A stretch of DNA of 62,356 bases, counting the filler, from Dehalococcoidia bacterium (lineage in GTDB: Bacteria; Chloroflexota; Dehalococcoidia; DSTF01; JACRBR01): the NCBI GenBank assembly GCA_041494685.1. It is 2 parts of 2 records of this genome, joined end to end, with 100 filler letters (N's around TTAATTAATTAA, not from the genome) between each part and the next. Parts side by side here need not be neighbours in the genome. Positions count along the whole stretch, not along the records: positions 31,284 to 62,356 come from JBGQBE010000041.1; 1 more part is not named here. One strand, written 5' to 3'. Every line of letters begins with the position of its first letter. Within the stretch, counting starts at the first letter, position 1. The position numbers and the translations under genes were made by a program. Shown piece after piece: positions 39,915-49,513 of this stretch. Below the pieces are notes generated by a model. The model was given only the letters and a program-made list of their open reading frames with translations, was not told the DNA's origin and searched no databases.

Positions 39915-40019
39915 ATGATAAGCTTGGCTACAGCACTCTATAGGAGAGTTGACCCAGGGCCTGGCTGGCAGCTTCCGCGACAGGAGCGGAGTGCCGGGGG
40001 CCTTTTGCGTTGTCAGTGA
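39915..40019 (+). CDS. Putative speD leader peptide (34 aa)
   Basis: AGGGGA SD, MISLATALYRRVDPGPGWQLPRQERSAGGLLRCQ, overlapping a hairpin plus TTTT at 39956-40006. Confidence 0.5.
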   Translation: MISLATALYRRVDPGPGWQLPRQERSAGGLLRCQ

Positions 40020-40122
40020 ATGTGATGGACAGCGGCAATAGGCAGACTGGTTTCACCTAGCGTTACCGGGTGTTCGCCCGGGCATTCCACCTCGCCGCGG
40101 CGGGGGAGAAAGGGACACGAGA

Positions 40123-40539
40123 ATGCACGTAACGATCGATGGGTTCGGCGGAAACCCCGCGCAGCTTTCCAGTGTGGAGCTGGTCCGCAACCTCCTCGAC
40201 CGCTATCCGGACGAAATCGGGATGACCAAAATCTCGGAGCCGCACGTCTTCGAATACCGTGGCGACAAGCCGGAAGACTGGGGCGTCTCAGGCTTCGTGC
40301 TGATCGCCGAGAGCCACATCGCCGTCCACACGTTCCCGGAGCACGGGCAGGTGTGGGTGGACATCTTCTCCTGCAAGGGGTTCGACGAGATCCCCGCGAT
40401 CGACAAGATCGTGGACGCGTTCACGATCGAGCACACGCGCGTCAACAAGCTTGAGCGCGGCCTGGAGTACCCGCACGACGTCAACACCAGCATCCCGCTG
40501 AACCGCAGCGAGCGCCGCGAGGTGACACCGGTTGGGTAG
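40123..40539 (+). CDS. speD: S-adenosylmethionine decarboxylase proenzyme
   Basis: GVSGFVLIAESHIAVHTFPE (ESH self-cleavage site), DIFSCK, LERG. Confidence 0.95.
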   Translation: MHVTIDGFGGNPAQLSSVELVRNLLDRYPDEIGMTKISEPHVFEYRGDKPEDWGVSGFVLIAESHIAVHTFPEHGQVWVDIFSCKGFDEIPAIDKIVDAFTIEHTRVNKLERGLEYPHDVNTSIPLNRSERREVTPVG

Positions 40540-40563
40540 TTCGTAGTCTGTAGTTCGTAGTCG
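40536..40563. repeat. Heptamer tandem repeat GTAGTYN x4
   Basis: GTAGTTC-GTAGTCT-GTAGTTC-GTAGTCG. Confidence 0.8.
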
Positions 40564-40594
40564 GAGGAAGGCGCCCGATCGGGGCGCCTTCCTC
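40564..40594 (+). terminator. Hairpin downstream of speD
   Basis: GAGGAAGGCGCCC/GGGCGCCTTCCTC 13-bp stem. Confidence 0.65.
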
Positions 40595-40677
40595 GTGCGC
40601 GCCGCACGCATGTGCGGGGCGTACAATGTGGTGGCCTGATGCCCCGCCACCAACGACCAGCGACAGGGGGAACGGAT

Positions 40678-41394
40678 ATGCCCGTCATCACCGTCTCCGG
40701 CAGCCTGGGCAGCGGCGCGCGCGAATTGGCGCAGACGCTGGCGCGCGACCTGGGCCTGGACTACGTCGACCACGAGATCCTCGTCGAAGCGGCGCGCGAG
40801 CTGGGCGTCAGCGTCAGCACCGTAGCGAGCCGCGACGAGCCGCCGGGGCGGCTGCGCGAGCGGCTCGCGTCGATCATGCGCACGCTGATCGAGCGCTCCG
40901 CCGCGGCGGGAGCGGCGGACCCGCTCGTGGGCGGGGGCGCCGGGCTGGACATGATCCTGGCGCGCACGTACACCGAGGCAGCCGGGCTGGGCGCCGAGCC
41001 GGGTGCCGGCCAGCTGAGCGACGAGAGCTACCTGCGCGTGCTCACGTCGGTGATCAAGGGCGTTGCGGCGCGCGACAACGTCGTCATCCTGGGGCGCGGC
41101 AGCCAGGCGATCCTGCGGCACGAACCGGGCGTCATGCACGTGTACGCCGCCGCGGACATGGCGCAGCGCATCGAGCACCTGGTACAGACGGAGGCGATGC
41201 GGCGGCCGGACGCGGAGCAGCGCATCAAGCAGAGCGACGCGGGGCGGCGCGAGTTCCACCGCCACTACTTCAAGCTCGAACCGGACGACCCCGCGCTGTA
41301 CGACCTCGCGGTGCACACCGGGCGGATCCCGATGCCGCTGGCGGTGCGGCTGGTGCGCGCGGTGCTGGATGAGCGGTCGCCGCGGCCGGGGTAA
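40678..41394 (+). CDS. Cytidylate kinase-like family protein
   Basis: VITVSGSLGSGA, VILGRGS, D..R..F...Y, YDL.VHT. Confidence 0.88.
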   Translation: MPVITVSGSLGSGARELAQTLARDLGLDYVDHEILVEAARELGVSVSTVASRDEPPGRLRERLASIMRTLIERSAAAGAADPLVGGGAGLDMILARTYTEAAGLGAEPGAGQLSDESYLRVLTSVIKGVAARDNVVILGRGSQAILRHEPGVMHVYAAADMAQRIEHLVQTEAMRRPDAEQRIKQSDAGRREFHRHYFKLEPDDPALYDLAVHTGRIPMPLAVRLVRAVLDERSPRPG

Positions 41395-41433
41395 GATGCA
41401 GGGCGCGCCGCGACGGGCGCGGGAGGTGACGCG

Positions 41434-41781
41434 ATGTACCTGAGCCCGGAAGCCAAACGACTGCTCGACGACGTCCGCCACGCACACGAAGGTCTGATCG
41501 CGCACTTCTCCGCCGACGAGGCGCACCGTCGCGCCTTCCGCTCGATCTACGAGGCGCTGGAGTCGGCCGTAGGCGACGTGGACGACGCGCACCTGCAGGC
41601 GCCGATCGACGGCGGCTGGTCGCCGGCACGGATCCTGGTGCACCTGGCGGAGCATGACCACCAGATCGAAGAGGCGTCGCACCGCGGCGTGGAGCACATG
41701 ATCGAGCACGGGCTGGAGCACGCCCGCGCGCTCTGGCTGGCACGGTCGCCGCAGCCCGGCACCGGCTCCACCGCCTCCTGA
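41434..41781 (+). CDS. Small DinB-like protein
   Basis: GGWSPARILVHLAEHD...HGLEHAR. GGAGGTG SD. Confidence 0.7.
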   Translation: MYLSPEAKRLLDDVRHAHEGLIAHFSADEAHRRAFRSIYEALESAVGDVDDAHLQAPIDGGWSPARILVHLAEHDHQIEEASHRGVEHMIEHGLEHARALWLARSPQPGTGSTAS

Positions 41782-41782
41782 G

Positions 41783-42439
41783 ATGCTCACCGCCGCGGCT
41801 GTCATCGCCGCCTCATACGCCATCGGTTCCGTCCCCGTCGCGTGGCTTGTCGCGCGATTACGCGGCGGCATCGACTTGCGCACGGTTGGCAGCGGCAACA
41901 CCGGCGCATCTAACCTGTGGCGCACGGTCTCGAAGAAGCTGGTCGTGCCGGTCGGCCTGGCGCAGGTCGGGCAGGGGCTGGCGGGCATCCTGATCGCGCG
42001 GGTGGCGGGAGAGCCGTCGAGCGTGCAGGTCGCCTGCGGCGTCGCGGCGATAGCGGCGTACAACTGGAGCCCGTGGCTCGGGCTACAGGGCGGCCGCGGC
42101 ATCGGCCCGGCGATCGGCTACCTGCTCGCGCTGACACCCTTCGACGCCCTGCCCGTATTCATCGCGGTCGCGTTGCTGGGCGTGCCGGCCGGCGCGAGCC
42201 CGCTGAGCGTCGCGGCGGCGCTGCTGGCGACGCCGATCGCCGCCTACGCGGGCGGCGAGCCACGTGCCGTGGTGGCGGGATGCGGCGTCGTCGCGGTGAT
42301 GGTGCTGGTGAAGCGAGTACTGGGGAACGAACCGCCGGAGGCCGGCGCGCCGCGGCCGGGGGTGTACGTTACGCGCCTGCTCTACGACCGCGACATCCGC
42401 GACCGCGAGGCGTGGGTGCGGCGGCACGTCGGCGGATAG
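41783..42439 (+). CDS. plsY: Glycerol-3-phosphate acyltransferase PlsY family
   Basis: YAIGSVP, DLRTVGSGNTGASN, GGRGI. The canonical DxxKG and His positions look diverged. Confidence 0.82.
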   Translation: MLTAAAVIAASYAIGSVPVAWLVARLRGGIDLRTVGSGNTGASNLWRTVSKKLVVPVGLAQVGQGLAGILIARVAGEPSSVQVACGVAAIAAYNWSPWLGLQGGRGIGPAIGYLLALTPFDALPVFIAVALLGVPAGASPLSVAAALLATPIAAYAGGEPRAVVAGCGVVAVMVLVKRVLGNEPPEAGAPRPGVYVTRLLYDRDIRDREAWVRRHVGG

Positions 42440-42481
42440 CGGTCGGGCGGCGGAAGACAAAGGCTGGGATCGGGAGGCGTT

Positions 42482-43507
42482 ATGGCATCGAGGCGAGCGG
42501 CGGAGCGGGAGATCACATCGCCTGTCGACCTGTGCGACGCACGCGGCAGGCTGTCGCCTGACGCGATCGGCTGGTCGCGGCGGCCGCTGCACCGGTGCAA
42601 CGTCAGCGGCCAGGCGCCGCGCAAGAAGCGCTGGAACTACTGGGCGATGAACACCGACCGCTTCCTGTTCTCCGCCACGATCGCGGACGTCGATCACTAT
42701 GTGCTGGCGTTCGCTTATTTCCTCGAGTTCGCCACGGGGCGCTTCGTCGAGAAGACGGCGATCCTGCCGCCGGGCGCGCTGGCGCTGCCGGAGACGGTGC
42801 GCGCCGACGTCGTATTCGAGCAGGGCGGCGTGCGCGTGGCGCTGACGAACGACCGGCGCGGCACGCGCATCGCCGTGCGATGGCCGCAGTTCGGCGACGG
42901 GACGCTGGAGGCGGACCTGCTGGTCGAGCAGCCGGCGGCGCACGAGACGATGAACGTCGTCATCCCCTGGAGCAGCGAGCGTTTCCAGTTCACGTCGAAG
43001 CAGAACTGCCTGCCGGTCAGCGGCACCATCGCGCTGGGCGACGAGCGCATCCGCGTGCGGCGCGGCGACGGCTTCGCCTGCCTGGACTTTGGCCGGGGCA
43101 TCTGGAAGTACCGTACGGCATGGAACTGGGCATCGTGCTCAACGGTGCTGCCCGACGGGCGCGGCTTCGGCGTCAACCTGGGCGGCGCGTGGACGGACGG
43201 CACCGGGATGACGGAGAACGCGATCTATCTCGACGGACGGATCAGCAAGCTGGGCGAGGACCTGCGGTTCGCCTACGATGAGCGTGACTTCATGCGGCCG
43301 TGGCGCATCCGGGCCCGGTCGAAGCGCGTTGACCTGCGCTTCACGCCGTTCTACGAGCGCGTGTCGAAAGCGAAGACGGGGATCCTGGCGTCGGAGGTGC
43401 ACCAGATGTTCGGACACTACGACGGCCGCGTCGTGGCGGACGGCGGCGAGGCGGTCGACGTGGAGCACGTCTTCGGCTGGATCGAAGAGCACAAGGCGCG
43501 ATGGTGA
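42482..43507 (+). CDS. DUF2804 family protein
   Basis: GWSRRP, KKRWNYW, FTSKQN, LDFGRGIW, TENA, HQMFG, EEHKARW. Confidence 0.85.
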   Translation: MASRRAAEREITSPVDLCDARGRLSPDAIGWSRRPLHRCNVSGQAPRKKRWNYWAMNTDRFLFSATIADVDHYVLAFAYFLEFATGRFVEKTAILPPGALALPETVRADVVFEQGGVRVALTNDRRGTRIAVRWPQFGDGTLEADLLVEQPAAHETMNVVIPWSSERFQFTSKQNCLPVSGTIALGDERIRVRRGDGFACLDFGRGIWKYRTAWNWASCSTVLPDGRGFGVNLGGAWTDGTGMTENAIYLDGRISKLGEDLRFAYDERDFMRPWRIRARSKRVDLRFTPFYERVSKAKTGILASEVHQMFGHYDGRVVADGGEAVDVEHVFGWIEEHKARW

Positions 43508-43563
43508 TCGGGACCGGTTCAAGGCCCGTCTCCTGTAGGTGGAGTGGGAAGACGGCATTGCAC

Positions 43564-44976
43564 GTGACCCCACGTCGGACGCGGACATTGCGCGGAGGCG
43601 CGCTCCTGGTGCTGGCGCTGCTGATGGCGGCGTGCGGCGGCGGAGTATCGCCGCGGGCCACGGAGACGTCCGCGCCGAGCGCGACGTCCGTCGCGGCGAC
43701 GGCGACACCGGCCGGGCCGCTGGCGACCGCCACGCCGGACCCGAGGGTGCTGGCGAAGGATGGCGGCATCGCGGTGATTCTGGCGGCGTACAACCAGCTG
43801 CTGGACGAGTACATCAGGCCGCTCGAGCCGGTGTCGCTGCTGACGCAGGCGTGGGCGGGCGTGCGGCAGGAGGCCGCGGCCGAAGGGCTACGCGTCCCGG
43901 ACGCGCCGGCCTTCACGGGCGATCGCAACGCCGACTTCGACGCGTTCCGCGCCGCGTACGTGCCGCTGGCGGACTCCGCGACGGACGCGAAGCAACTGCG
44001 CTTCGCGGCGATCCGCACGATGGCCGCGAGCCTGCACGACTGCCACACCTTCTTCCTCAACCCCGTCGCGAGCGACACGCTGATCGGCACGCGCGCGGGC
44101 AACGGCTCGGTCGGCATCGGCGTCGAGCTGACTGGTACGCCGCCGCTGATCACGGAGGTGATCGGCGGCGGGCCGGCGGCGCAGGCGGGCATCCTCGTCG
44201 GCGACCGCGTGATGAAGATCGCCGACGCCGACGCCACGCGGCTGAGTCCGGCGGGCGCGCTGGATCTGATCAACGGCGACGAAGGCACGACGGTACGCCT
44301 GCAACTGCGGCGGCCCGGACAGGACGCGCCGATCGACGTCACCCTGACGCGGGCACGCGTCGTGCCGCAGAACATCGAGTCGCGCGTGATCCCGGTGGCG
44401 GCGGTGCCGGGGGGCATCGGCTACGCGCGGATCCGCAACTTCGTGGACGGCGGTATCGCCGCGAACCTGCGGCAGGTGCTGGAGGGGTTCGACGCGCAGG
44501 GCGTGGCCAAGTGGATCATTGACCTGCGAGGCGATCCGGGCGGGCGGCTGGACACGGACGCTATGAGCCTGTTCATCAAGGAGGGCGTCGTTCTGCGCGA
44601 CAAAGGGCGCGACGGCAAGGAGGAGGACACGCAGGCGAACGGCAAGACGCTGGCGAGCATCCGGCCGCTCGTGCTGCTGACGAACGACCGCACGGGCTCG
44701 GTCGCGGAGGCGTTCGCGGCGGCGCTTCAGGAGTACCGCGCGGCGTACGTCATCGGCGGCACGACGAACGGCTGCGTGGGGTTCACGGACATCAAACCGC
44801 TGGGCGACGGCTCGTCGCTGGCGGTGACGACGCACGTGAACCTGGGGCCGGTGACGAGCAAGCCGCTGAACGGCGTGGGGGTCATCCCGGACGAGCCCGT
44901 GGCGCGCACGCAGGCCGACATCGCCAACGGGCAGGACCCGCAGCTCGACGCGGCGGTGGCGCAACTTTCACGGTGA
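43564..44976 (+). CDS. S41-family peptidase with PDZ domain (lipoprotein)
   Basis: Lipobox MAAC, GIGV..GGPAAQAGILVGD (PDZ), DLRGDPGG, TGSVAE, GVGVIPD, DPQL. Confidence 0.9.
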   Translation: MTPRRTRTLRGGALLVLALLMAACGGGVSPRATETSAPSATSVAATATPAGPLATATPDPRVLAKDGGIAVILAAYNQLLDEYIRPLEPVSLLTQAWAGVRQEAAAEGLRVPDAPAFTGDRNADFDAFRAAYVPLADSATDAKQLRFAAIRTMAASLHDCHTFFLNPVASDTLIGTRAGNGSVGIGVELTGTPPLITEVIGGGPAAQAGILVGDRVMKIADADATRLSPAGALDLINGDEGTTVRLQLRRPGQDAPIDVTLTRARVVPQNIESRVIPVAAVPGGIGYARIRNFVDGGIAANLRQVLEGFDAQGVAKWIIDLRGDPGGRLDTDAMSLFIKEGVVLRDKGRDGKEEDTQANGKTLASIRPLVLLTNDRTGSVAEAFAAALQEYRAAYVIGGTTNGCVGFTDIKPLGDGSSLAVTTHVNLGPVTSKPLNGVGVIPDEPVARTQADIANGQDPQLDAAVAQLSR

Positions 44977-45044
44977 CGGTAACCAGGCCGCCGGCCGGCC
45001 CACGTCGCCTGTAACCTGCCCCCCGTAGCCGGTAACCTACTCCC

Positions 45045-46385
45045 ATGGCGTTCGACCCCGCATACGCATCGATCTTTCCGCGCACGACGGCCGTCCACGG
45101 CGGCCGGCTCAGCATCGCCGGCTGCGACGCGCAGGAGCTGACGCGCGAGTTCGGATCGCCCCTGTACGTCTTCGACGAGCTGGAGCTGCGCAGCACCTGC
45201 CGCGAGTACGTGCAGGCGTTCACGTCGCGCTACGCCGACACGGAGATCACCTACGCGTCGAAGGCGTACCTGAGCCGCTTCATGGCCTCGGTCGCGCGGG
45301 ACGAAGGCATCGGGCTGGACGTGGTGTCCGGTGGCGAGTTCGCGATCGCGATGGCCGCGGGCTTCCCGGCGGAGCACTGCCACTTCCACGGCAACAACAA
45401 GGGCGAGGGCGAGCTGCGCGAGACGATCGGTGCGGGCATCGGGCGGATCATCGTCGACAACTTCTACGAGCTGGAGATGGTGGACCGGATCGCGGCGGCG
45501 CTGGGGCGCGTGCAGCCGATCGTGCTGCGGCTGTCGCCGGGCGTGGACGCGCACACGCACGCGAAGACGACGACGGGCACGCTGGACACGAAGTTCGGGC
45601 TGCCGATCAGCACGGGCGCGGCGGAGCAGGCCGTGGCCGACGCGCAGCGGCTGAAGCACGTGGACCTCATGGGGCTGCACTGCCACCTTGGCTCGCCGCT
45701 GTTCGACATCGAGCCGTACGACGAGGCGAACGCGGTGATGCTGCCCTTCGCCGCCGAGATGGTGCGCAAGCACGGCCTGCGGCTACGCGAGTACAGCCCG
45801 GGCGGCGGCTTCGCGGCGCAGTACGTGCGCGAGCGGCCCGCGCCGCCGGTGGACGTGTACGCGGAGGCGATCGTGACGTCGTTCAAGCGGCGCTGCGCCG
45901 AGCAGGGGCTGCCCCTGCCGCACCTGTTCGTCGAGCCGGGGCGCTCGCTCGTCGCGCGCGCGGGGGTGGCGCTGTACACCGTCGGCGCGTCGAAGCGCGT
46001 CGAGGGGCTGCGGACGTGGGTATCGGTAGACGGCGGCATGGCGGACAACATCCGCCCGGCGATCTACGACGCGAAGTACGAAGCGGTGGTGGTAAACCGC
46101 GCGGATGACGAGCCGACCGAGACGGTGACGATCGCGGGCAAGTACTGCGAGTCGGGCGACCTGCTGGTAAAGGACGCGCACCTGCCGCCGACGCAGCCGG
46201 GCGACGTGATCGCGCTGCCGACGTCGGGCGCGTACTGCCTGACGATGGCGAGCAACTACAACATGGCGCTGAAGCCGGCGGTGGTGGCGGTCAAGGACGG
46301 GCGCGCGCGCCTGGTGCGCCGCCGCGAGACGTACGCGGACCTGATGGCGACGGACGCCTGGGGGGACGCAGAACCAAGAACTTAG
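45045..46385 (+). CDS. lysA: Diaminopimelate decarboxylase
   Basis: YASKA (PLP Lys), HGNNK, KFG, HCHLGS, EPGRS, DNIRP, CESGD, SNYN. Confidence 0.96.
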   Translation: MAFDPAYASIFPRTTAVHGGRLSIAGCDAQELTREFGSPLYVFDELELRSTCREYVQAFTSRYADTEITYASKAYLSRFMASVARDEGIGLDVVSGGEFAIAMAAGFPAEHCHFHGNNKGEGELRETIGAGIGRIIVDNFYELEMVDRIAAALGRVQPIVLRLSPGVDAHTHAKTTTGTLDTKFGLPISTGAAEQAVADAQRLKHVDLMGLHCHLGSPLFDIEPYDEANAVMLPFAAEMVRKHGLRLREYSPGGGFAAQYVRERPAPPVDVYAEAIVTSFKRRCAEQGLPLPHLFVEPGRSLVARAGVALYTVGASKRVEGLRTWVSVDGGMADNIRPAIYDAKYEAVVVNRADDEPTETVTIAGKYCESGDLLVKDAHLPPTQPGDVIALPTSGAYCLTMASNYNMALKPAVVAVKDGRARLVRRRETYADLMATDAWGDAEPRT

Positions 46386-46424
46386 AACATGTCGTTAGAA
46401 CTCAGTACCAGGGACTACGGACTT

Positions 46425-47477
46425 ATGACCCACATTCTCGTCACGTTTGCGCTTGAACCGGAGCTGATCGACGTGATCCGCGCGGTCGCGCCGGACCGCG
46501 TCGAGATCGAGGTGCTGGGGCAGGACCAGCGGCGGCTGCTGCGCGGCTTCAAGTACCCGAGCGAGCGCGAGCGCGAGGCTGTCGCCGAAGGGCTGCACGG
46601 CGCGTTCGACCGCGCGGAGATCGTCTTCGGGTTCTGGGGCGCCGAGCTCAGCGCGGCGCTGTGCGGCGGCGCGGACGGCAAGCTCTCGATGCGGGACGTG
46701 GCGCCGCACGTGAAGTGGATCCAGCTGACGAGCGCGGGCGCGGACCGGCTGCTCAACAGCGGTTTCATCGAGGGCGGCATCACCGTCACGACGGTGAGCG
46801 GCCTCCACGCGACGCCGATCGGCGAGTTCATCCTGACGTCGATCCTGATGTTCGCGAAGGGCGCGCCGAAGTCGATGCGGGCGCAGGCGAAGCACGAGTG
46901 GGCGCGTTTCGCGCCAACGGAGCTGTACGGCAAGACGGTGGGCATCGTCGGCTTCGGGCACATCGGCGAGGAGGCGGGGCGGCTGGCGAAGGCGTTCGGC
47001 TGCTACGTCATCGCGACGAAGCGCTCCGCGACAGAGCGCGCGTCGTCGCCGAACGCGGACGAGATCCTGCCCGCGTCGGAGCTGCACGACCTGCTCGCGC
47101 GCAGCGACTACGTCGTGCTGAGCATGCCGCTGACCGCGGAAACGCGCGGCATGATCGGCGAGCGAGAGCTGCGCGCGATGAAGCCGAACGCGGTGCTGGT
47201 GAACATCGCCCGCGGGCCGGTGACGGTGGAGGCGGCCCTGGTGCGCGCCCTGCGCGAGGGCTGGATCGCGGGGGCGGCGCTGGACGTGTTCGACCACGAG
47301 CCGCTGCCGGCGGATAGCCCGTTCTGGGACATGGAGAACGTCGTGGTGACGCCGCACATCAGCGGCGGCACGGAGATCTACAACCAACGCGCCGTAGCGA
47401 TCTTCGCGGCGAACCTGCGCCGCTACCTGGCCGGCGAGCCGCTACAGAACGTCGTCGACCCCGCGCGCGGCTATTGA
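46425..47477 (+). CDS. D-2-hydroxyacid dehydrogenase
   Basis: SAGAD, GIVGFGHIG, PLTAET, NIARG, LDVFDHEP, TPHISG. Confidence 0.92.
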   Translation: MTHILVTFALEPELIDVIRAVAPDRVEIEVLGQDQRRLLRGFKYPSEREREAVAEGLHGAFDRAEIVFGFWGAELSAALCGGADGKLSMRDVAPHVKWIQLTSAGADRLLNSGFIEGGITVTTVSGLHATPIGEFILTSILMFAKGAPKSMRAQAKHEWARFAPTELYGKTVGIVGFGHIGEEAGRLAKAFGCYVIATKRSATERASSPNADEILPASELHDLLARSDYVVLSMPLTAETRGMIGERELRAMKPNAVLVNIARGPVTVEAALVRALREGWIAGAALDVFDHEPLPADSPFWDMENVVVTPHISGGTEIYNQRAVAIFAANLRRYLAGEPLQNVVDPARGY

Positions 47478-47485
47478 CCCGCACC

Positions 47486-47506
47486 AGCGACTAGCGACTA
47501 GCGACT
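47486..47506. repeat. Heptamer tandem repeat (AGCGACT)3
   Basis: Read directly, between the dehydrogenase and tsaB. Confidence 0.85.
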
Positions 47507-47517
47507 AGGCGACCGAC

Positions 47518-48180
47518 ATGGAGCTTTCGATCGAAGCAGCGTCTGACGAGGCCGGCATCGCCCTCTCGGTCGATGGCGTGGCGGCGCTGACGGCGACGTG
47601 GCTCACGGCACAGAACCAGTCGGTCGAGCTGCTGCCGAACATTGAGCGGCTGCTGGCCGAGGCGGGGCGCGCGAAGGGCGACATCGACGCCGTCTTCGTG
47701 GACATCGGCCCGGGCGGATACGCGGGGCTGCGCGTGGGCGTGAGCATCGCGAAAGCGCTGGCCCACGCGCTGGACGTGCCGATCGCCGGCGTGGGGCGGC
47801 TGGAGCTGGACGCCTGGAGCGTGGCGTCCGACGCGGGCGCGCGCCGTATCGTGGCGGTGCACCGGGCGGGCCGCGGCGAGGCCGCCTGGGCGGCGTACCG
47901 GCACGATGGCGCGTGGGGCGAACTCTCCGCGCCGCGCATCGGCAAGGCGGCGGAGCTCTACGCGGCGATCGAGCGCGGCGACGCCGTCACGGGCGACATC
48001 GACGACGCGCTGCAGGCCGAGATCGTCGAGCGTGGCGCGTCGGCGGTGACGGCGCGACAGCACCGGGTCGTCGCGCTGGCGGAGCTGGGGTACCGGCGCA
48101 TCGCGTCCGGCCGCATCGACGACGCGACGGCGCTCGTGCCGCTCTACCTGCGCGCGCCGGCCATCGGGCGGCAGCCGTAA
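47518..48180 (+). CDS. tsaB: tRNA t6A biosynthesis protein TsaB
   Basis: GPGGYAGLRVG...AKALA and C-terminal PLYLR. Confidence 0.88.
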   Translation: MELSIEAASDEAGIALSVDGVAALTATWLTAQNQSVELLPNIERLLAEAGRAKGDIDAVFVDIGPGGYAGLRVGVSIAKALAHALDVPIAGVGRLELDAWSVASDAGARRIVAVHRAGRGEAAWAAYRHDGAWGELSAPRIGKAAELYAAIERGDAVTGDIDDALQAEIVERGASAVTARQHRVVALAELGYRRIASGRIDDATALVPLYLRAPAIGRQP

Positions 48181-48268
48181 GACAGCGAGGGCACAGCGGT
48201 CTCTTGTTGGGTCGCGGGGAAGGCGTGAGTGCTCGGCCCCTGGACGCCTCTACGTATGTTCACGACGG

Positions 48269-49342
48269 TCAGAGCCTTATGCGCAGGGAGCGAAAGATCT
48301 GCATCGCGACCTGCTGCTGTGCAGGCGAGAGACCTGCACCGGCCAGACTCAGCGCGACTGGGTATCCGAACGGTTGGGAGACGTCGGCGGTGCGGACGTA
48401 CATCCCCGTCTGTCCTGCGTCGCCAATTCTTGGCGAGTACAGCCGAACCGTGAAGCCGCCGATCGTCTCGTCGTGCGCAGCGAACGCGGGGTCACCGATG
48501 TCTGGCGGCGCGCCGGAGTACATGCCGTAGTCGAAGTTGAGCGTGATGCTGTCGCCGGAGAAGGCGCCGACGAACGAATCGATGCCTTGCGCCGGCTCGT
48601 ACAGCCAGCCAGGCGGCAGCAGCACCGAGAAGGGGCCGGTATTCACGGAGTGCCACGTCGAAGGACCGAGCGGACAACAGTCCGCGTAGGGAGCCGCGAG
48701 TAAGCCGACCGCGTAGAAGCGCAGATCGCCCTCGCGCATGACGTCGAACTGCACGTCGATGTCGATGCTCTTGCCCGGGAAGAGCGGGTCGGGCATCGGC
48801 CCATCGCCGCGACCAACGGAGACGACGCTTCCATCACCCGTGCGCAGGATGCCGCAGACGGTGAGTTGCTGATAGTAGCCATCGCTGTGGTTGTTCGTCA
48901 GCCTCACGTGGGCGACCTTCGTCTTGGCGTCGCGCGCGATGAGCGTCACCAACAGGCCGTCTCCGCGGGCTGGCCCGCTGCTGACGACCTCGTGCGCGAG
49001 TGCATCGAACTCCGCACGCAAGGGCAGCTTGGCCGAAGCGAGCGGGATGCTCGGCGCCGGGTAGTCCGGGGAGTCACCAAACAGTTCAAAGGCGGCCCGT
49101 TCGCCGGGCAGCAGCTTCGACGGACACGCGATGACACCGACCCGGCCCGGGTAGACCTCCTGACCAGCGGCGTCAAGGATCCGCGCCGTCGCGGCCGCGG
49201 CGGACGCCGTCTGATCACCGGTGTTCACGAGTTCGCCCGTCCACGGGCCGGCCGCGCCGTGCTGCGAGACGTTCGTGACGCAGGTGGCACCGACGAGGAG
49301 AAGCGGCGAGAGCCAGAGGAGCGCGCGGCCTGCGAGTTTCAT
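48269..49342 (-). CDS. Secreted/lipoprotein hypothetical with FxLYD-like Ig domains
   Basis: Signal LLLVGATC; GELVNTGD...ILDAAG...LLPGERAAF pattern occurs about twice. Confidence 0.7.
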   Translation of the reverse strand: MKLAGRALLWLSPLLLVGATCVTNVSQHGAAGPWTGELVNTGDQTASAAAATARILDAAGQEVYPGRVGVIACPSKLLPGERAAFELFGDSPDYPAPSIPLASAKLPLRAEFDALAHEVVSSGPARGDGLLVTLIARDAKTKVAHVRLTNNHSDGYYQQLTVCGILRTGDGSVVSVGRGDGPMPDPLFPGKSIDIDVQFDVMREGDLRFYAVGLLAAPYADCCPLGPSTWHSVNTGPFSVLLPPGWLYEPAQGIDSFVGAFSGDSITLNFDYGMYSGAPPDIGDPAFAAHDETIGGFTVRLYSPRIGDAGQTGMYVRTADVSQPFGYPVALSLAGAGLSPAQQQVAMQIFRSLRIRL

Positions 49343-49513
49343 CTACTTATTCCAACGCGCGATCCGCGAGAAAGTTAACCCACCCACCTGGCCCGGTTCC
49401 CACAGAAGCAGCGGCGCCGCGCGTGATCCAGCGCGCTCGATCCCCGTATACTGCCGCCGGTCGGCCGCCCGCCGGCCGCCATCCACCAGCATCCAGCGAC
49501 CAGGAGACCAACC

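Noticed and set aside
39890..40120. SAM-I riboswitch upstream of speD
   Set aside because: I could not find the ATC..GAG...GAC-GGC...GCAACC...GTGC core in the right order; an Rfam scan would be decisive.
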